Shown here piece after piece: positions 35,008-44,958 of a stretch of 54,662 nucleotides of DNA. Numbering within the stretch: the stretch's first letter is position 1; each line of letters begins with the position of its first letter. Source of the DNA: a virus (Duplodnaviria > Caudoviricetes); IMG/VR virus record IMGVR_UViG_3300043425_000063, positions 1 through 54,662 of that record; one strand, given 5' to 3'. The notes below the pieces were generated by a model, which made no database searches, was not told the DNA's origin, and was given only the letters and a program-made list of their open reading frames with translations. Made by a program: the position numbers and the translations under genes.

Positions 35008-36865
35008 CTTTGAAACATACTACGACAAGGATTTTTCTCTGTCGAAGATGACCACAGAAGCCTACATCCGTGACCCGCAGTTCGAGGTCATTGGTGTGGG
35101 GGTAAAGGTCAACAACTACCCGACCGACTGGTACTCAGGCAGTGACCCTGCTAAGTTCTTGAAGTCACTTGACTATCGTGACAAAGCAATCCTCTGTCAC
35201 AACACTGCGTTCGATGGGGCAATCCTGTCATGGCACTACGGTATCAAGCCTAAGTTGTGGCTTGACACTTTATCTATGGCAAGACCACTTCACCAAATGA
35301 CTGTGGGGGGTTCACTCAAAGCACTCGCTACATACTATGGGCTAGGGCAGAAGGGCGAAGAAGTACTCAATGCGATTGGTAAACGCAGGGCTAACTTTGC
35401 GCCTGATGAACTGGCTAGGTATGGTGAGTACTGCAAGAACGATGTGGAACTAACCTACAACTTGTTCAAGAAACTGAGCAAGGGTTTCCCCACCAGTGAG
35501 TTGATGGTCATTGACCAAACGCTACGCATGTACACCGAGCCTACGATTGAACTCGACAGGGAACTCTTAGAGCAACATCTTGAGGAAGTACTTGCACGAA
35601 AGCGCACGTTGATTGCCGACATGGGTCTTACGGGGGTGAGCGACGAAGCCATTACAAAGACTTTGATGAGCAACCAAATCTTTGGAAAGTATCTGAAGAA
35701 CTTGGGGGTCGAGCCACCAACCAAGGTGAGCGCACGCACAGGCAAAGAAACTCTAGCGTTCGGCAAGACCGACAAGGGATTCACTGACTTACTAGAACAT
35801 CCTGATGAGAGGGTGCAGGTTGCGGTCGCTGCGAGGCTCGGGGTCAAGTCTACTATTGAGGAGACCCGAACTCAGAACTTGATTGCGGTGTCCGAGCGAG
35901 GTCGCCTGCCAATCATGCTCAACTATTATGGTGCGCACACAGGCAGGTTCTCGGGGGGTGACAAACTCAACCTACAAAATCTTCCTGCTCGTGGGAACAA
36001 CACCATTCGTCGTGCATTGAAAGCACCCGAGGGTCACGTTCTTATTGCTTGCGATTCGTCACAGATTGAAGCAAGAATGGTGGCATGGATGGCAGAGCAG
36101 AACGATTTGATTGGTGCGTTCTCTGAAAAGCGTGATGTGTATTCTGAGTTTGCATCCGAGGTCTATGGTCGAACCATTACCAAGGCAGACAAGGTAGAAC
36201 GATTCGTTGGTAAGACTTGTATCTTGGGTCTAGGCTATGGCATGGGTGCAGAGAAGTTCAGACGCACTCTTGAGATTGGTCAAGGCGGTGTGTCCGTCAA
36301 GATTGAACTTGCCGAAGCAGAACGTATCGTCCGACTGTACCGACAGAAGAACCACAGAATTGTTGCTCTATGGCAGAAGTGTGGAAGCGCACTGGGTGGC
36401 ATCCTTGCAAGACAAAGCGGTGTCATTAGTAAGTGTGTGACCTACGACGAGCATGGTATACGCCTACCCAATGGGTTGTACATCCGCTATCCAGCACTCC
36501 GTGCAAGCGCAAACAACTATGAATATATTGGTGATGCAAGGCAGTACCGCAAGGCAGTCAAAGATAGAGTGATGACAGGCGAGACTGATGACATCTCATG
36601 GACAAAAATCTATGGGGGTAAGGTCACAGAGAACGTCGTCCAAGCATTGGCTCGTATTGTTGTGGCGGAACAAATGGCGAACATCGGGCAACACTATCAC
36701 GTTGCTTTCCAAGTACATGATGAAATCATCATCACGGCCCCGGCAACACAGGCAACAGACGCAGAGCAACTTCTTGTGGAGATGATGTCAACACCACCCG
36801 CGTGGTGTGCAGACCTACCAGTTGCATGTGAATCAGGTGTAGCAACTAACTATGGAGATACATGA
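34988..36865 (+). CDS. DNA polymerase family A with 3'-5' exonuclease
   Basis: DFET, HNTAFD, YCKND; motif A DSSQIEAR, motif B KTCILGLGYG, motif C VHDE. Confidence 0.95.
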   Translation: MDIVTIDFETYYDKDFSLSKMTTEAYIRDPQFEVIGVGVKVNNYPTDWYSGSDPAKFLKSLDYRDKAILCHNTAFDGAILSWHYGIKPKLWLDTLSMARPLHQMTVGGSLKALATYYGLGQKGEEVLNAIGKRRANFAPDELARYGEYCKNDVELTYNLFKKLSKGFPTSELMVIDQTLRMYTEPTIELDRELLEQHLEEVLARKRTLIADMGLTGVSDEAITKTLMSNQIFGKYLKNLGVEPPTKVSARTGKETLAFGKTDKGFTDLLEHPDERVQVAVAARLGVKSTIEETRTQNLIAVSERGRLPIMLNYYGAHTGRFSGGDKLNLQNLPARGNNTIRRALKAPEGHVLIACDSSQIEARMVAWMAEQNDLIGAFSEKRDVYSEFASEVYGRTITKADKVERFVGKTCILGLGYGMGAEKFRRTLEIGQGGVSVKIELAEAERIVRLYRQKNHRIVALWQKCGSALGGILARQSGVISKCVTYDEHGIRLPNGLYIRYPALRASANNYEYIGDARQYRKAVKDRVMTGETDDISWTKIYGGKVTENVVQALARIVVAEQMANIGQHYHVAFQVHDEIIITAPATQATDAEQLLVEMMSTPPAWCADLPVACESGVATNYGDT

Positions 36866-37128
36866 TGAACTTGCAGGAACAAGTATTAGAGGACAAGGCT
36901 AGTGAGTTCGACCAAGTGTGGGTCGATGAACTTACCAAAGAACTAAACACTGTGAAGTATGGTTATGCCACTCCGTTCTTTTGGATTGAGATGCCTGATG
37001 GCAAGCGCAATCACATGATTACTCGTGGCAAATTCATGGCATCACTGGCAGTACTACGCATGAATTACCCCCATATCAAACTGGAATTAGTCGGGCAACT
37101 ACCGCAACCTAAAAGGAAAAACAAATGA
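36862..37128 (+). CDS. Hypothetical protein
   Basis: GGAG RBS; ATGA overlap. Confidence 0.65.
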   Translation: MMNLQEQVLEDKASEFDQVWVDELTKELNTVKYGYATPFFWIEMPDGKRNHMITRGKFMASLAVLRMNYPHIKLELVGQLPQPKRKNK

Positions 37129-37361
37129 AAGACGTAACAAACCTGACTGAAGTAGTCGAGAATAAACGCAAGGCAGAAGTTGTTGAGATGTTGCAGTCGG
37201 CACTGAACAAAGTCGAGCAGGATGGTGCAAACAACGTACTCATCCTGATGAAAACCGATGGTGTCTACACACGTTTCTCTACCAAGATGGACGATGTGAT
37301 GGAGATTATTGCCCAGTTGGAAGTACTCAAGTACGACATCTTGCGCCGTATGCACAGTTGA
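37125..37361 (+). CDS. Hypothetical protein
   Basis: AAGGA RBS; ATGA overlap. Confidence 0.65.
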   Translation: MKDVTNLTEVVENKRKAEVVEMLQSALNKVEQDGANNVLILMKTDGVYTRFSTKMDDVMEIIAQLEVLKYDILRRMHS

Positions 37362-37421
37362 TGTACACTGGACTTTCCAATAAACAGAGAACCCCAAGGA
37401 TACCCCGAGGGGCTACAACCT

Positions 37422-38081
37422 ATGCGCCTTAGCCACTCCTACTCGTCCATTAAGTTGTATGAGAACTGCCCCTACCGCTACTTCCGTCAGCGTGTTGTCA
37501 AAGATGTTGTCGATGAGGGAGGTGAAGCCAGTAAGTATGGGGAACGCATCCACCAATATCTTGAGTATCGTTTGGCGAATGATGCTGTACTACCCCAAGA
37601 GGTGGCGCACTACGAACCATTGTGCCTATCGGTAAAACGAATTGCTGAGGGGGGTGAACTGCACATCGAGAAAGAACTGGTGCTTACCGAGAACCTTACA
37701 CCAACAGGTTGGTGGGATGCGGACGCATGGCTACGAAGTAAACTTGACATCCTTGTAATCAATGGTAACCTAGCCAATGTGATGGACTGGAAAACTGGCA
37801 AGCGAAATGCTGACCAGTTTCAGATGCAACTGTTCGCTGCGCAGGTGTTCAAGCACTTCCCTGATGTGCAGTCTGTGCGTACATCCTTGGTGTGGCTCAA
37901 GACGATGGAGATGGATACAGAAACTTATTTCCGTGCGGATGTCAATGCGATATGGGCCGATGTAATGAAGCGCATCCAACGCATCCACAGTTCGCTAGAG
38001 CATGACAACTGGCCTGCCCGACCATCGGGGCTATGCCGATTCTGCCCTGCTCGACACGATTGTGATTCGGCTAGGGTTTAA
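37422..38081 (+). CDS. Cas4-like PD-(D/E)XK exonuclease
   Basis: SYS...CP, G..IH, E, LD, DWKTGK, Q..L, CRFCP...C. Confidence 0.9.
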   Translation: MRLSHSYSSIKLYENCPYRYFRQRVVKDVVDEGGEASKYGERIHQYLEYRLANDAVLPQEVAHYEPLCLSVKRIAEGGELHIEKELVLTENLTPTGWWDADAWLRSKLDILVINGNLANVMDWKTGKRNADQFQMQLFAAQVFKHFPDVQSVRTSLVWLKTMEMDTETYFRADVNAIWADVMKRIQRIHSSLEHDNWPARPSGLCRFCPARHDCDSARV

Positions 38082-38087
38082 CCTTAC

Positions 38088-38115
38088 TTGACAGGAGCGT
38101 AAAGTGTCTTATAAT
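38088..38115 (+). promoter_or_regulatory. Consensus sigma70 promoter overlapping the VRR-NUC start
   Basis: TTGACA-16-TATAAT. Confidence 0.6.
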
Positions 38116-38412
38116 ACACCCGAAGGTAAGGTAAAAAAGAAAGTTGTTGAGGTACTGAAAGGGCATGGTGTGTGGTACTTCTTCCCTGCGAACAATGGGT
38201 TCGGAGTGGCAGGAATCCCCGACATCATCGCCGTAGTGAAGGGTCAGTTCCTTGGCATTGAAGTGAAAGCCGACAGGACAAAGAAGCCTACGGCATTGCA
38301 AGTGCAGTGTGGTGCAAAGATACAGAAGGCAGGTGGTTGGTGGATGGTTGTATATGACCAAGACACCATCGACCAGTTGGATTTGATTATTAAAGAAAAA
38401 CTTTACAGGTGA
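38104..38412 (+). CDS. VRR-NUC nuclease (resolvase-like)
   Basis: TPEGKVK, GIPD, IEVKA, PTALQ, AGG. Confidence 0.9.
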   Translation: MSYNTPEGKVKKKVVEVLKGHGVWYFFPANNGFGVAGIPDIIAVVKGQFLGIEVKADRTKKPTALQVQCGAKIQKAGGWWMVVYDQDTIDQLDLIIKEKLYR

Positions 38413-38416
38413 CAAC

Positions 38417-39970
38417 ATGCTAGTGGTGGAACAAGCAAGGACGCTTGCTCTGAAATTAAACAATCCCAATCGGGTACTCGACAGTATCCCGACTGCGAAA
38501 CCTATTGAGGTTCGTGGTGTTCCGTTGGTTGTGACACCGCACAAACTTGACGAGGTGCGTGTGCTGAGAAATCTCGGCATCAATGCGCCATCGCCTATCC
38601 TGCATTACTACAACTGGCCCGGGCAGTACATCCCGTATGACCATCAGAAACATACTGCTGCGTTCTTGACGCTCAACCATCGAGGGTTGGTGCTGAACGA
38701 AATCGGCACAGGTAAAACACAGTCGGCTCTATGGGCTGCGGACTATCTCATCAAAACCAAGCATGTAAAGAAGGTGCTGATTCTCTCGCCACTATCCACG
38801 TTGGAACGAGTGTGGGGTGATGCAGTCTTTACAGGATTTCCTCATCGCAAGTTCGTCGTCCTGCATGGCACGGCTGACAAGCGTAAACAACTTCTGCGTA
38901 AAGAGGTGGACTTCTACATCATCAATCATGATGGGTTCAACATCATCCAAGAAGAAACCAAAGGGATGTTTGACTTGGTTATCGTTGATGAGGCGGCGGT
39001 ACTGCGCAACCCAACTACCCAACGGTTCAAGATATTCCGCCGTTGGATGGACGCTAACCCTGCAACACGTTTGTGGTTGATGACTGGTACTCCTACGCCT
39101 AATGACCCAACTGATGCGTGGGCGTTGGCGAAGTTAGTCAACAGTCCAGTATGCACTAAAACTTACACTGCTTTCCGTGAGCAGGTAATGATGAAGATAG
39201 GGCAGTGGAAGTTTGTACCCCGCCCTGAATCAGTAGACATTGTGAAGCACATCCTCCAACCTGCGGTGCGCTTTACTCGTGATGAATGTTTTGACCTACC
39301 CGATACAGTTGTTCAGACTCGACAAGTCGAACTGACTGTCGAGCAGAAGAAACATTACACGCAAATGCTCAGGCATTTCGTGACCGAGATGACTGCCGAA
39401 GGAACCATCACGGCAGTGAACGAAGCAGTCAAGATTCAGAAACTTGTTCAGATAGCCTGCGGTGTAGCCTACGGTGATGATGGACAGAACATTGAGTTGG
39501 ACTGTACCCCCCGTGTCAATCTTGTGAAGGAGGTGATTGAGGAAGCAGGTGAAAAAGTAATCGTGTTTGTTCCACTGACAGGTACTCTGCACATGTTGGA
39601 GAAGGAACTTGGCAAGCACTGGACGGTAGCAGTTGTGAATGGTGAGGTCTCCTCACACAAACGCAATCAAATCTTCCATGACTTTCAGCATGCCAAAGAC
39701 CCACATGTTTTGATTGCCCATCCGGGGACTATGGCGCATGGGTTAACGCTCACCAGTGCGTCAACGATTGTCTGGTATGGCCCTGTGACAAGCAACGAGC
39801 AATATGTTCAGGCAAACGGACGCATTGAGCGTATAGGTAAGAAGCATGTGTCGAACGTCATTCACATCGAGGCGACAGACCTTGAGTACAGGATGTACGA
39901 ACGGCTAAAGAACAAGCAGAAACTGCAAGGTTTGCTTCTTGATTTAATTCAACAACAGACTAATAGGTGA
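38417..39970 (+). CDS. SNF2-family helicase
   Basis: GTGKT, DEAA, TGTP, HGLTLT, QANGRIERIG. Confidence 0.92.
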   Translation: MLVVEQARTLALKLNNPNRVLDSIPTAKPIEVRGVPLVVTPHKLDEVRVLRNLGINAPSPILHYYNWPGQYIPYDHQKHTAAFLTLNHRGLVLNEIGTGKTQSALWAADYLIKTKHVKKVLILSPLSTLERVWGDAVFTGFPHRKFVVLHGTADKRKQLLRKEVDFYIINHDGFNIIQEETKGMFDLVIVDEAAVLRNPTTQRFKIFRRWMDANPATRLWLMTGTPTPNDPTDAWALAKLVNSPVCTKTYTAFREQVMMKIGQWKFVPRPESVDIVKHILQPAVRFTRDECFDLPDTVVQTRQVELTVEQKKHYTQMLRHFVTEMTAEGTITAVNEAVKIQKLVQIACGVAYGDDGQNIELDCTPRVNLVKEVIEEAGEKVIVFVPLTGTLHMLEKELGKHWTVAVVNGEVSSHKRNQIFHDFQHAKDPHVLIAHPGTMAHGLTLTSASTIVWYGPVTSNEQYVQANGRIERIGKKHVSNVIHIEATDLEYRMYERLKNKQKLQGLLLDLIQQQTNR

Positions 39971-39974
39971 CACT

Positions 39975-40379
39975 ATGACTGTAAACGTAGATGATGTAGT
40001 AGCGACCTACATGAAACTCAGGTCGCAGAAAGAATCTATTGAGGCTGAGGTGAAAGACCGTGTGTCTACCATCAAAGCCAAGATGGAGAAGTTAGAAGCA
40101 TGGATTAAGGAACAGGCTGACGCTCAAGGTGTTACCTCGTTCAAGACCAAGCATGGTACTGCGTTCTTAACCACCACCGACTATGCCAACGTGGGTGACT
40201 GGGATGCTGTACTCGGATTTATTCGTGAGAACGAAGCGTTTGACATGCTTGAGAAACGCATTAGCAAGATTGCCGTGCGTGGATATATTGAGTCAAACAA
40301 AGCAGTACCCCCCGGTGTCAACTACGGCACGAAGTTGGAGGTGAACATCCGCAAACCAGTAACCCGAGTGGAGGACTAA
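39975..40379 (+). CDS. Conserved replication-module coiled-coil protein
   Basis: Coiled coil, KTKHGT, DWDA, LEKRI, VPPGV. Confidence 0.7.
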   Translation: MTVNVDDVVATYMKLRSQKESIEAEVKDRVSTIKAKMEKLEAWIKEQADAQGVTSFKTKHGTAFLTTTDYANVGDWDAVLGFIRENEAFDMLEKRISKIAVRGYIESNKAVPPGVNYGTKLEVNIRKPVTRVED

Positions 40380-40382
40380 GCC

Positions 40383-40778
40383 ATGAGTGTCAAAGGATTT
40401 TTTGGTAAAGGACTAGCGTCCCTGCTGCAAGCGCATCAAAGCGATATGAACCGTTCCATTGAAAATGTCCGTGTGGCTACTGACATGGAGCGCATGTTCG
40501 GCAACTGCTCACCCGCAGTCGTTGCGTTCAAGATTGAGAACGGCTTTGTTGTTCGCACTTGTGATATGCGTCGTGAGATGGAGGGTCACATGCAAGGTGG
40601 ATTCCACTACTGCAAAGACCATCAAGAAATAGCCGAACACATTATTGCCACCGAAGCCAAGCGCAAGTTAGGTCTAGGTGAACAACAAGAGATGTTTGCT
40701 GAACGTGCTTACCAAGCACAAACGCTCGTAGGTAGCGGCGGATTCGCTCAAGCCAAACGTGCAACCAATCGTATTTAA
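40383..40778 (+). CDS. Hypothetical protein
   Basis: GGAGG RBS; IENGFVV; contains QQEMF. Confidence 0.7.
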   Translation: MSVKGFFGKGLASLLQAHQSDMNRSIENVRVATDMERMFGNCSPAVVAFKIENGFVVRTCDMRREMEGHMQGGFHYCKDHQEIAEHIIATEAKRKLGLGEQQEMFAERAYQAQTLVGSGGFAQAKRATNRI

Positions 40779-40801
40779 CCGCTCACTTAAAGGAGAAATC
40801 T

Positions 40802-41776
40802 ATGAGCAATGCCCTTACTCTTGCCAACGTGCAAGTACCCGCCCACCTCGCACAACGTGTTGGTGTTCCATCTGTCCTCGCTCAATCATTGGGTGGTGGC
40901 ATCGGCAGTGGCGAAGCCGTACCCCGTATCAGTATTAAAGGTTCTCGTTTCCGTATTGTCGAAGGCAGTACTGAGACTGTGCTTGACACGACCACCATCG
41001 ACGTAGTTGTTGTGGGTGCTAATCCCCGCTTGTCTAAAACTTGGTATGCCAAGGCGTGGACACCTGAGAGCGAACCGTCTAGCCCTGACTGCTTCTCTAT
41101 GGATGGTGTATCGCCTGATGCTTCTAGTGCTGAACCACAGAATGACCTGTGTGCATCTTGCCCACAAAACGCATGGGGTTCCAAAGTGACTCCGCAAGGC
41201 AAGCAAATCAAAGCCTGCTCTGACCAAAAGCGTTTGGCAGTCGTGGCTGCTGATGACCCGACAGGCCCGATTTACCTGCTCCAAGTTACCCCTGCTGCAC
41301 TGCAAGGTCTTGGCAAGTATCAGAAGGAACTGTCTATGCGTGGCATCCCTGCTGAGATTGTCCGTACCCGCCTGTCGTTTGACACCGATGCGTCTTTCCC
41401 CAAACTGAAGTTTGACTTTGGTGGATTCCTTGACGAAGCCACCCAAGCAGAAGTTGATAAACTGTTTGGCACGGAAGAAGTCCGTTCGATTACTGGTGAG
41501 TTGCGTACTTCCGCTGCCCCGGCAGTGCCGAAGATTGCCGCACCACAACAAGTTGCACCGAAACCCGCTCCCGTAGTGGCGACTCCTGAACCTGCTCCTA
41601 CCCCCGTGGCAGATAAACCTGCCGCTGCGAAGCGTGGTTTTGGTGCTCCTAAAGCGGCTGCTCCTGCTGCCGCACCAGTAAAGGCGGCTGCTCCTGCGGC
41701 TGCGGCTCCGTCTGCTGCATCACTGGCTGACGAGATTGCCGCTCTTGTTGGGGAGGTAAATGCAGATGACGCCTAA
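40802..41776 (+). CDS. Putative Zn-binding ssDNA-binding/annealing protein
   Basis: RISIKG..F, C.S.DG..P, C..CPQN..GS, C...RLAV; Ala/Pro linker and acidic tail. Confidence 0.65.
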   Translation: MSNALTLANVQVPAHLAQRVGVPSVLAQSLGGGIGSGEAVPRISIKGSRFRIVEGSTETVLDTTTIDVVVVGANPRLSKTWYAKAWTPESEPSSPDCFSMDGVSPDASSAEPQNDLCASCPQNAWGSKVTPQGKQIKACSDQKRLAVVAADDPTGPIYLLQVTPAALQGLGKYQKELSMRGIPAEIVRTRLSFDTDASFPKLKFDFGGFLDEATQAEVDKLFGTEEVRSITGELRTSAAPAVPKIAAPQQVAPKPAPVVATPEPAPTPVADKPAAAKRGFGAPKAAAPAAAPVKAAAPAAAAPSAASLADEIAALVGEVNADDA

Positions 41777-42053
41777 TCCGCCTCTTGACTTTACAAAGGT
41801 TGAGGCGTTAAGGAAGCACATGTTGTTGACTACCAATGACATGGCTTCCCTGTTTGGTGTTAGTCGCATGACGTATTATGGATGGGTGCGGGGGAAGGAA
41901 CTCCGCAAATCCAATGACGCTACGGTGAGGGTGCTTCTCAAGAGGCTACTCAACATCATGGTCGAGGACAAGTGGCCTACACCTGATGTCATTGCGATGG
42001 AGCAACCACAACGGAAAGAACGCCTTGATGATTTATTGAAGCGTTTTGAATGA
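41760..42053 (+). CDS. XRE/Cro-like HTH regulator
   Basis: LR...LT..DMA.LFGVSR.TYY.W..G. Confidence 0.8.
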   Translation: MQMTPNPPLDFTKVEALRKHMLLTTNDMASLFGVSRMTYYGWVRGKELRKSNDATVRVLLKRLLNIMVEDKWPTPDVIAMEQPQRKERLDDLLKRFE

Positions 42054-42093
42054 GGAACATGGGGGGCATGTGCCCCCCAATAACGGGGGTTTT

Positions 42094-44958
42094 ATGGACA
42101 CGCTGAGTTTCTTTCAGCGGGTGCTACCGACAGAAGGACTGTACTGCATTGCGAGTTTTGAAGGCGACAACCCAAAACCACGACACGGCTACTTTGATTC
42201 AGTCGAAGCACTTGCTAAAGTTGCTCTTGCTCTAAATAGCAGGGGACAAAACACATACTACGCAATCTCTACGTTCACAGAGAAGCGTCGTAAGCAGGAG
42301 TTCGTCGAGCGCACGAAGGTGCTTGCCATCGACGTTGACTGCGGTATTGGTAAGAACGGAAAGCCTAAGCCGTTCAAGGATGCAAGCGAGGGAGCAAAGG
42401 CTCTCGTGACTTTCGTCCAAGCAGTTGGGCTACCCATGCCGATGATTGTATCGTCGGGCAATGGGCTACATGTTTACTGGATATTAGATGAGGCGATTGA
42501 GCCTGCACAGTGGAAGCCGTTAGCCAGTGCATTGAAGGCGGCTTGCCTTGATAAAGGATTCACACCCGACATTGGTGTTACGGGGGACAGTGCTCGTGTT
42601 CTGAGACCGATTGGATGTACTAACCCCCGTGGAGGAAAGACCGCTAAGTTGATACGAGATGCGCAGGATGTGACCTATGCGCAGTTGTGGGCAGTCCTCG
42701 AACCGTTTACACATGGCTCATCTTATGAGCCACCCGTTGAGCAGACACGTACCAACTCGTTGTTGGATAACCTAGCAGTCAAGCATGAGTACCAACCCGC
42801 AAACGCTGACAAGATTATTGAGTCCTGCCAACAGATTAAATGGGCAGTAGAGAATCAAGGGGATGTCCCCGAACCAATGTGGTACAACCTGATTGGAGTA
42901 GCCGCATTTTGTAGTGACCCTGAAGCCACTGCCATCAAGTGGTCTGAGCAACACCCCGGATACAGTCAACAAGCAACCATCAGTAAGTTGCACCATTGGA
43001 AGCAGGGCGCAACAGGCCCAGCAACCTGCCAAAAGTTTGAAGCCGAACACCCCGGTGGATGCAAGGGCTGCAAGTTCAAAGACAAGATTGGTAGCCCTGC
43101 CCGTCTAGGCACACAGTTCGCAGAAGTTAAATCAACGGCGGCAGTGACCGACCCCCTCGCTGCACAAATACCAGTACCCCGACCATTCAAACGTACCACT
43201 GACGGTATGAAGATGGTCATTGACGAAACCGATATTGACGTTTGTAAGTTCGACATCTACCCCATCGGCTACGGCAAAGATGAGGGTCTTGGTTATGAAG
43301 TAGTCCGCTACATGTGGCATCGTCCGCACGTTGGATGGACTGAACTTGTACTACGGCAGGCTCATCTTACTGATGGCAGTCGAGAGTTCTCAGGTGCGAT
43401 TGCTGACCAAGGCATCGTGTTGTTCAACAAAAATCAAACGGTACACTTCCAAATGCTTCTACGCTCATACATGGAGGAACTGAAGCAACGCCGAGGATTG
43501 ACCAACCTGTATTCGTCAATGGGTTGGAAAGCAAACTACAACGAGTTTGTGATTGGCAGTACGCTTCTCCGCCGGGACTCCACTGGCAACATCGCAACTG
43601 AAAACATTAACCTCGCTTCGGCAATCGGCAAGGTCACGGACGAGATGTATGGATGTCAGGGTTCCCTGCAAGAGTGGGTGAACTTCACCCGCATCCTCGA
43701 AACCGCAGACCTGAAACTCCACAAGTTCCTGATTGGCTTTGCCTTTGCTACACCACTGCTCAAGGTCAGCGGACTCAAGGGTTTGATTCTGTCCCTGTAC
43801 GGCAAGACTGGTGGCGGTAAGACGCTCGGTCAGTACATGATGCAGTCAGTGTGGGGCAATCCCGATACGCTCCACTTCGGTGGTAAGTTCACACAGAACG
43901 GTTTGTTCTCCCGCCTTGCACTACACGGCAACCTACCCATGACTGTGGACGAGTTGACTATGCTTGACCGTGAGGAAGCAGGCGACCTGATTTACTGGAC
44001 AAGTCAAGGGCGTGACAAGGCTAGGCTGAACCGCAACTCTGAGGAACGTGCCATTAAAGAGTGGGCAACCACCATGACGGTATCGACCAACGAATCGCTA
44101 CACAGTATGTTGTACGCAGGTGGTCATGCTACGGATGCTAAGTTAGCCCGACTGCTTGAGTTCAATGTTCACCCTCACCCACTGTTCACTAAAGGTAGTC
44201 AGGTAGGGCGACAGATTCATGCGTTTCTGATGGCGAACTACGGACACCCCGGACATGCGTTTATGCGGCAACTGCTGCCGCTTGGTGTCGATGCAATCAA
44301 AGCGATGTTGGAGCATGCCATCAATGAGTTCCCCAAGAAGTACGGCGTTCACTTTAGCGGCGACGAACGGTTTTGGGAGATTGGTTTGGTGCTATCTGAC
44401 CTCGGTAACCAACTTGCTAAAGAATACGGACTCATCCTATATGACCACCAAGACGCAACCGAGTGGGCACTGGGTGAACTGAAGTCCATGAAAACATCTG
44501 CGGCTACCAACCGTATGGATGCCTTCGATGCACTGGGCGAGTTCATCAACGAGAACATGGACGCAACTATCACGGTCATGCACACCCCGGGTCAGAAGCC
44601 TATGCGAGACAACAACCGTCCGTATATTGCAGACATCCTTGTACGCTACGACCTGTACCGCAAGACCTACGATGGGACATTCGATTCAGGCACGGTGCTT
44701 GTCGAGCGTACCAAACTACGCAAGTGGCTCAGTCAACGTGGCTATGACTACAAGCAATTTGTTCAGGAGTTTGAAGCCGAAGGCATCATTGCCACACCGA
44801 AATCACAGAAGGCGTACTTCGGTAAAGATGTTGGTATCAAAATTCCGCAGTGTTATGTAGTCGGCATCAACCTCAACCACCCACGTTTGCAGGGAATCTT
44901 GGATGACGCCGACCAATCCGTAAATGACCTAACCCACGGTCAACTCAAGGTCGTTTAA
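42094..44958 (+). CDS. Primase-helicase (AEP-type primase, PriCT-like region, DUF927-type helicase)
   Basis: DVD, SSGNGLHVYW, RVLR; Cys cluster; GKTGGGKT, VDE, STN, NYGH. Confidence 0.88.
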   Translation: MDTLSFFQRVLPTEGLYCIASFEGDNPKPRHGYFDSVEALAKVALALNSRGQNTYYAISTFTEKRRKQEFVERTKVLAIDVDCGIGKNGKPKPFKDASEGAKALVTFVQAVGLPMPMIVSSGNGLHVYWILDEAIEPAQWKPLASALKAACLDKGFTPDIGVTGDSARVLRPIGCTNPRGGKTAKLIRDAQDVTYAQLWAVLEPFTHGSSYEPPVEQTRTNSLLDNLAVKHEYQPANADKIIESCQQIKWAVENQGDVPEPMWYNLIGVAAFCSDPEATAIKWSEQHPGYSQQATISKLHHWKQGATGPATCQKFEAEHPGGCKGCKFKDKIGSPARLGTQFAEVKSTAAVTDPLAAQIPVPRPFKRTTDGMKMVIDETDIDVCKFDIYPIGYGKDEGLGYEVVRYMWHRPHVGWTELVLRQAHLTDGSREFSGAIADQGIVLFNKNQTVHFQMLLRSYMEELKQRRGLTNLYSSMGWKANYNEFVIGSTLLRRDSTGNIATENINLASAIGKVTDEMYGCQGSLQEWVNFTRILETADLKLHKFLIGFAFATPLLKVSGLKGLILSLYGKTGGGKTLGQYMMQSVWGNPDTLHFGGKFTQNGLFSRLALHGNLPMTVDELTMLDREEAGDLIYWTSQGRDKARLNRNSEERAIKEWATTMTVSTNESLHSMLYAGGHATDAKLARLLEFNVHPHPLFTKGSQVGRQIHAFLMANYGHPGHAFMRQLLPLGVDAIKAMLEHAINEFPKKYGVHFSGDERFWEIGLVLSDLGNQLAKEYGLILYDHQDATEWALGELKSMKTSAATNRMDAFDALGEFINENMDATITVMHTPGQKPMRDNNRPYIADILVRYDLYRKTYDGTFDSGTVLVERTKLRKWLSQRGYDYKQFVQEFEAEGIIATPKSQKAYFGKDVGIKIPQCYVVGINLNHPRLQGILDDADQSVNDLTHGQLKVV

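Noticed and set aside
37422-38081. Cas4 as evidence of a CRISPR system
   Set aside because: Stand-alone Cas4-like nuclease in the usual replication module; no array or other cas genes
41760-42053. CI repressor implying lysogeny
   Set aside because: No peptidase domain, no divergent cro arrangement and no integrase; it sits inside the replication operon
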